64,000 nucleotides of DNA from an uncultured Methanosarcinaceae archaeon (GTDB lineage: Archaea > Halobacteriota > Methanosarcinia > Methanosarcinales > Methanosarcinaceae): NCBI GenBank assembly GCA_963833425.1, contig CAWHXP010000013.1, positions 128,001 through 192,000 on the forward strand, written 5' to 3'. The notes beneath the pieces are model-generated. The model made no database searches, had not been told where the DNA came from, and worked only from the letters and a program-made list of their open reading frames with translations. Of the stretch, positions 58,317-64,000 are shown in pieces (position 1 is the stretch's first letter; each line of letters starts with the position of its first letter). The translations under genes were made by a program, and so were the position numbers.

Positions 58317-59936
58317 TTACACAAATTCTGCTTTCACAGATGTGAAAACCGGGCCTCTAATATCTATCTTTCTCTTTTTGCCAGTGATATAACGTTGAGC
58401 AATGGGACCTATTTTTAGGTTTACTTCCGAGGGAACTTTGACAATTCTTACTCTCACAATATGTTCATTTGCTCCGGAAATTGCCGCTTCTTCAATTTCC
58501 CTTGCAGCCTGGGCGGCAAAAGCTTCAATGAAACTAATGCCTGTTTTTGCAGAGTGATTTTCAAATGCTTTTTGCCATTTCTTGATGTTAGGAATTCCTA
58601 AGATATCTCCCTGGTAAGCTACAACTTCGTTGAAAACTGCAGGGCCGCAAAGTTTCGTGTTTATTTCAGGTTCTATTATGGAAATTTTTACTTTTCTACC
58701 GCATACTTCTCCTTCCCAAACAGGGAATTCGCAGGGGCTTAGCTCTTCAGCATGTAATTCACACTGTGAAACGATTGCATCTACAATCGTACGCCCTTCA
58801 GGAGTTTCAGGCATTTTGTCTACAAAGATCTGTTTTGCAAGCTCGTTATCCGACATACTCCACTCACTGTACTGAGGGATCTGTGGATAAGCCAGAGCAC
58901 GGACATCCGGGAAATCGTGGAGGATCATTGCTAGCCTTTCCACTCCAAGACCAAGGTTCATGACAGGATACGGGATAGCGTATTCTGCAAGAGCAGTTGG
59001 GGAATAAATTCCAAAAGTTGCAACTTCGATCCAGCCATCAGAGTACTTTGAGTTAGAGCCTACAAGTTTCGGGTGAAAGGCAAATACTTCGATCTGGGTG
59101 TCAGGAACATAGTATTTGCTGCGCTTCTCATCAGGCCTGAAAAGGAATTTTTCAAAGCCAAAATGGGTAAGAAGCCCTTCTGCAACGGCTTTTCCATGAT
59201 CTATGGTCACATCTTCATCCATGATTACGCAGGAGGCTGAATAATAGGTCATTAGCCTTGAGGCATCTTCCTGTTGTTCTCTCCTGAAACAACGATCTAT
59301 AGAAAATAAATTGAATGGAGGTTCTTTCCTTTCAAGAAGTGCGCCAAGGGAGATGAACCACCCACTTGTCATGTGACTGCGGAGTGTCTTTGTGCTTGCC
59401 TGGGGCACAAGCTCTTTAAATTCCGGGAAAACTTTGTCAATCATATTGGCAACATTTGAGTCTGAAACTTTAAGCGCTGAAGAAATCTCGGGAACAAGAT
59501 CATCTCCATCAACCTTTCCTTTTTTGTATGCATGGAGAATTTGCCTGATAATATCTATCCCTTTGTCACCAACGTTCCCGAGGATCGTAGTTACTTGTGC
59601 AATACGCTCATCGGAAATTCCAACGTTAGGACGAGGAAGGCCTGCTAGGTAGAAACAGCGATCTAGAACTGCTAGGGCTTCGCTTCCAAATTGTTTATGA
59701 ACTTCTCTTTCATCTATTATCAAAGGGTTCATCGTCTCTTCAAAGCCCATTCTGAGATAGGCCTCTCTCAGTTTCTGGATGGTGGCGTAAACAGGATGTT
59801 CCTTTCCAAATTTAAAAGCGATTCTGGGATAGCGTTCATTCAGGGTAGGGGTCCTGACAATTTTTTTACCTTTGTTCCAAGTAAGATCGAAGTTCTCTTT
59901 TGCATCTTTTTTTATTTTTTCTGGATCAAATCTCAT
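58317..59936 (-). CDS. sepS: O-phosphoserine--tRNA(Cys) ligase
   Basis: Start MRFDPEKIKK (539 aa); LRSHMTSGWF, IDRCFRREQ, MNLGLGVERLAM. Confidence 0.96.
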   Translation of the reverse strand: MRFDPEKIKKDAKENFDLTWNKGKKIVRTPTLNERYPRIAFKFGKEHPVYATIQKLREAYLRMGFEETMNPLIIDEREVHKQFGSEALAVLDRCFYLAGLPRPNVGISDERIAQVTTILGNVGDKGIDIIRQILHAYKKGKVDGDDLVPEISSALKVSDSNVANMIDKVFPEFKELVPQASTKTLRSHMTSGWFISLGALLERKEPPFNLFSIDRCFRREQQEDASRLMTYYSASCVIMDEDVTIDHGKAVAEGLLTHFGFEKFLFRPDEKRSKYYVPDTQIEVFAFHPKLVGSNSKYSDGWIEVATFGIYSPTALAEYAIPYPVMNLGLGVERLAMILHDFPDVRALAYPQIPQYSEWSMSDNELAKQIFVDKMPETPEGRTIVDAIVSQCELHAEELSPCEFPVWEGEVCGRKVKISIIEPEINTKLCGPAVFNEVVAYQGDILGIPNIKKWQKAFENHSAKTGISFIEAFAAQAAREIEEAAISGANEHIVRVRIVKVPSEVNLKIGPIAQRYITGKKRKIDIRGPVFTSVKAEFV

Positions 59937-60189
59937 GCATATCCTCTTTAGCGAATTATTGAATTCTAAATATCTCATTTTGAGATTCTTGTTTGTAAGT
60001 TTTAAAAAATTCAAATATTTTTTTACACTCCAAATATTCAACGGTTTAACAACTACTAAACTTATTATATTGGCAAGTTGCATATGAGCAAATAGTAGTT
60101 CAGTTGCATAATTTTGGCATTTGTGGCTTCAAGTTATTAATATGCTTATTTTCGAAACACAGTTTATTCTTAAAGTCCCGGTGTCGGAT

Positions 60190-60812
60190 TCGACGTTGAA
60201 GTTTCAATTTTTTTTGTGCCTAATTGTACTGGTAACATCTGCAAGCATATTTATTATCAGACCACTGGATAATTGATCTTCCTACTGAATCCTCTAGTTA
60301 TGGCATCAGGGTGATCAAAATTAATAATCATTTAATGGATCTATTACATAATTCCTAAATAATAATTCAGTTTTTTTTCAATGGATTCCTTTCTGATAAT
60401 GTCCCGGACACTTTTTCTGGTCTTCCTCATGATGGCTCCAAGACCATTGATATAGGAAACATTATTTGATTCTCAATTCCTTTTGGAGTAGGGAATATTC
60501 TTTAGCTTCCTTTTTTCATTAGCAAGCCACTGAGAATTGAAACTTAGAACTATTTTTATGTCAATATTCTACGAATCCGCCACAATAAATCTCAGCATGT
60601 CTCAGAAAAGAACTTCAATTTCTTCTTGGAATATTCCCATTTCTTTGATGCTGTTATTTGACGTCTCGAAGTTCTACACACACAAGGCAAATGTTGCTAT
60701 CCATTATTTCCGGACAATTTATCAGGAAATTTTTAATCCATCCTCTGTACTACCTTTGGTCTCAAAATTTTCACCTATCTAAGCCAAAATATCTTCAAGC
60801 ATTTTTTTCATA
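60190..60812 (-). pseudogene. Decayed hypothetical gene
   Basis: Protein-like reading MKKMLEDILA*...SYINGLGAIMRKTRK...LFRNYVIDPLND with several stops. Confidence 0.35.
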
Positions 60813-61375
60813 TACTCTTTGATGCTTTTTCAATTTTTCATTAAATTTAGTTTTTATATTCTAAAACTAAATAGCGCATTATATATTTTACAGGTACTTT
60901 CCATGATTTATATTTTTAATCTAAGAATTCCCCTTTAGTGTAATTGTGTCCGTAAGTGAAATTACTTGGCCTAGACAGTCTTGATTTCGGATTGTTTGGT
61001 GTTTTATCATCTGAATTACTTATTATCTCCCTTAATTAAGCTATATATAATAATATCTTCTAACATTCTGTTCAACACCAATATTTAAATTCTAGTTAGA
61101 GATCAAAAAATCAAATAATAGGAGAAAAGGTTAGCTTTCGTGCCAATATCATTAACTTTTAGATACAATCCTCTAAATGGGCATTATATTAGAAAATAAT
61201 GGGGTTTGCTACCTTGTAAGTCCTTTTTCAGAATAAGATCAATTGTATTATTTTTGAATAGCGTATTCTAAAGAAACTTGACATACCTTGTTTGTTTTTG
61301 GCAGATTATCTATTTTTCAGCCTAAGCTCTCGGAAAAAATAGATTTTTAATATAATTAGATAATTTTTTACTGTT

Positions 61376-61648
61376 TTACTCATTTACAGGGATCGTCTCA
61401 AGCTGACTTGAAAGATTCCATATAAGAGTTCTTGTATGGAGAGGAAGGTTAGGATCATTGCTTATATCTTCGAGGATGGAAATACTTGATGCTGCTCTAA
61501 GGAACAGAGGCTCTGATTCGTTATTTAGTATCTCCATGATTTCATTCACGGAACGCCTGATATTTCGTGGAACTGAAGAATCGCTGATTATGCTTTCTAG
61601 AACCTGAAGACATTGTCGGATAACTTCTGCTGAATCATTTGATGACAT
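61376..61648 (-). CDS. UPF0147 family protein
   Basis: [10 protein letters not shown]...[23 protein letters not shown] before ATG 61648. Confidence 0.9.
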   Translation of the reverse strand: MSSNDSAEVIRQCLQVLESIISDSSVPRNIRRSVNEIMEILNNESEPLFLRAASSISILEDISNDPNLPLHTRTLIWNLSSQLETIPVNE

Positions 61649-61891
61649 TCGAATCACCTTCGTAGTCAATTATAATGTAAAATTAGAGCTAATAAATTAG
61701 TTTAAGACAGACTAGTGATATAAAATAGTATCGGTGATTTTAACAATAATCAGTACCTATGCCTTCTAGTTGTGATTCGGAATCTATGCTCTGTCCTATT
61801 TCATGGAGCAGAGGTAGTTTCATGCATCGAAAGTAACAGGACAAATCATATTAGATAAACTAGAAGCTGGGTATAGAGGAAGGTTGTGCAC

Positions 61892-62500
61892 ATGGATTCT
61901 GAAAAAGATCGAAAAGTACAGCGAATAGCACGTTTTCTTGAGTTAGGGGGTACGATGCTTGCCGAGCATTGTAATGGATGCGGAGCCCCAAGATTTCGTT
62001 ATCAGGGCAAAATAATCTGCCCGATATGCGATGTTCGTGGTGAAGAGGAGGCTGACGAACCAGCCACAGAAATCCAATTCCCTGAAACCAGAAAGCATAC
62101 TGAAAAAGACACGCTTTCAATTGAGAACGAAAAAAGAGTTCAAGCGCACAGACAAAAACCACTTTTCGGGCTGAGAACCGTTGAAGCTACCGAGAAAGAG
62201 GAAAAAGCTATCGACTTTGCAACAAAGGATTTTTCAAAAATACCTGACGATGCTGGAGGAGCAAAAAAACCAGCCACTATACTCCAAGGTGCATCCACAA
62301 AAAAAGCAGAAAAGCCTACAGAGGCCCCAAACCTGCCCATAGTTCATGAAAACAAGGAAGTAGTGGAGAGCCTTCTCTTCAAAAAAATAGTCAGTATTGC
62401 AACCTCTCTTCAGGATGAAACGGACTCGCAGAGTATTGTTGAGAATTTCGAACTGATTGAAAAATGTCTTGGGATAATAGAGCGCCTAAAGAGGATATGA
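61892..62500 (+). CDS. UPF0148 / SSSCA1-like zinc-ribbon protein
   Basis: GGTMLAEHCNGCGAPRFRYQGKIICPIC. Confidence 0.85.
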   Translation: MDSEKDRKVQRIARFLELGGTMLAEHCNGCGAPRFRYQGKIICPICDVRGEEEADEPATEIQFPETRKHTEKDTLSIENEKRVQAHRQKPLFGLRTVEATEKEEKAIDFATKDFSKIPDDAGGAKKPATILQGASTKKAEKPTEAPNLPIVHENKEVVESLLFKKIVSIATSLQDETDSQSIVENFELIEKCLGIIERLKRI

Positions 62501-62643
62501 AGGATGAATGTAAGAAGAAAAAAGAGCCTGGAACAGTAGTTGGGCAGATATAAGAGCATAAGGAAGGGAAAGTGAAAAAAAAGAAAAAAATACAGAAGCT
62601 GAAAAACAAAACTATTTACCATTAAAGCTTATTATCTTTCCAT

Positions 62644-64000
62644 TTACCCTCTGTAAGGACTTTCAAGGATCTCTCTAATCTTGGCTGCTGTTTTTGGTCC
62701 TATTAGTTTTACCTTTCTGAGTTCTTCGGTGTTAGCTTTCATAAAGGCCTCCACGGAGCCGAAATGCAACAGGATATATCTTGAGGCTTTTGGCCCTATA
62801 TTTGATATTGAAGAAATCAGATATTCCTGCTGCTCGGCAAGAGTACTGGCTAACTTTTTACCATGTGGATTGATTTCACGCTTATTTTCGTTTTGCTCAC
62901 GTTTAGCAAGCATTTTTAATATCGCAGCTGTCTCTTCTTCGTCCCTTGAGTAGAGAATTGAGATTCCAAAATCAATTGCAATAGAGACTAGAGAACCGTA
63001 AATAGAATTTGGGTTAATTTGCCTGAAGGTGAATAGGTCTCCTCCTTCAATGATGAGGACGGGTTTTTCATATATTCGTGCAAGATTAGAGAGCTGGGCA
63101 AAGAGATTATGCTTCCCATCGATAAGAGAAGTTGCAAAATCATCAGTGCGTTTTCTCTCTACAGCAATGCGATCGCTTACAATGTAATCGCCTACCTCAA
63201 GAGCTGCAAAATTAAGTTCCATTCCTAGCCTGTCAAGGACTTTTGCAACTCCACTCTTCGTTTCCCTGTGGTCTATAACTATCCTGAGAACTCCTGTTTC
63301 GGGTTCTCTCCCGAATGTTTTTAGTTCATTTACGGATTTCTTTCCGGTAAGAGCTTCAAAATCTACCAGGGTTTTTTGGTTTCTGCTTCCTTTTTCTTGT
63401 TTTATACCAGTTCCTTCTTTATAACTATCAGTAGCCTGATTTTCTTCATATATACCTACCTTTTCTTTTATGCCTATTTTCTGTATCTTTTCTTCTTTCT
63501 CTGCCTCCTTCCCCTCTCTCTTTACTGTATCCTTATTTTTTTTTTTCTGTTCATAGATTCCTTCTTTTTTCTCTTCCTTTTTATCTCCTTCCTTTTTCCA
63601 TTTATCTTTAATTCCTCTATCCATCCCGTTGCAATCTAAGCCTGCAGCCGTATCCTGAGAATCTATTGTCAAATTTCTATTTTTCTTTCGACTCCCGACC
63701 CCATATTCATCTTTAATTTCTGTTTCCTTTAAATCTGAAATAAAGTTTTCAGATTCAGAATCAAAAGGCTTAGATTTTTTTATAGAGTCCCTCATGCCAA
63801 AAACGGCTTCAAGCCCTTGCATTCTGTTAAGCATTTTTTTTTCCTTGTTTTTGCTGCTCCAGTAATAAGCTTCGTCTCGTGTACCTTTTGTCATCAGTAC
63901 AATTACTTTGCCCTTATGTTGCCTGCCTGTCCTGCCCTTACGCTGAATGCTGCGGATTTCCGATGGAATTGGTTCATAAAATAGTACCAGATCCGTGGAT
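62644..64000 (-). CDS. hef: Hef helicase/ERCC4 nuclease, 3' part (start outside window)
   Basis: Helicase motif VI QRKGRTGR, charged linker, GDYIVSDRIAVERK nuclease motif, HhH IGPK x2. Confidence 0.93.
   Translation of the reverse strand, partial: STDLVLFYEPIPSEIRSIQRKGRTGRQHKGKVIVLMTKGTRDEAYYWSSKNKEKKMLNRMQGLEAVFGMRDSIKKSKPFDSESENFISDLKETEIKDEYGVGSRKKNRNLTIDSQDTAAGLDCNGMDRGIKDKWKKEGDKKEEKKEGIYEQKKKNKDTVKREGKEAEKEEKIQKIGIKEKVGIYEENQATDSYKEGTGIKQEKGSRNQKTLVDFEALTGKKSVNELKTFGREPETGVLRIVIDHRETKSGVAKVLDRLGMELNFAALEVGDYIVSDRIAVERKRTDDFATSLIDGKHNLFAQLSNLARIYEKPVLIIEGGDLFTFRQINPNSIYGSLVSIAIDFGISILYSRDEEETAAILKMLAKREQNENKREINPHGKKLASTLAEQQEYLISSISNIGPKASRYILLHFGSVEAFMKANTEELRKVKLIGPKTAAKIREILESPYRG

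Noticed and set aside
59937..60083. N-terminal extension of SepRS (588 aa ORF)
   Set aside because: AT-rich low-complexity extension; the conserved start MRFDP is at 59936

Overview
AT-rich chromosomal window from a Methanosarcina-like methanogenic archaeon. Intact core genes include the mcrBDCGA operon with divergent mmp10 (radical SAM MCR arginine methyltransferase), PolD large subunit (polC/DP2), Sua5, form III RuBisCO, hemB, SepRS, EngB, the 3' part of Hef, three tandem TRAM RNA chaperones, a CHASE4 hybrid kinase with response regulator, and tRNA-Pro(UGG). These are separated by heavily decayed DNA: about a dozen pseudogenes, IS6 copies, two IS5-type families in intact, dead and remnant states, and several MITEs. 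The ORF track does not show the most notable items: (1) a dispersed non-coding family with three clear copies and two partial or diverged ones, carrying its own TATA plus a conserved initiator motif, an anti-Shine-Dalgarno linker, a terminal hairpin and a U-tract, which looks like a multicopy regulatory sRNA family (possibly sRNA162-like); (2) a pseudogene fragment of a family A DNA polymerase; (3) an IS6 transposase broken only by one UAG in a genus that decodes UAG as pyrrolysine; (4) two candidate K-loop/C-D-motif small RNAs behind near-identical promoters; (5) an EVE-domain relic beside the tRNA. All calls come from reading the sequence by eye; no searches were run.
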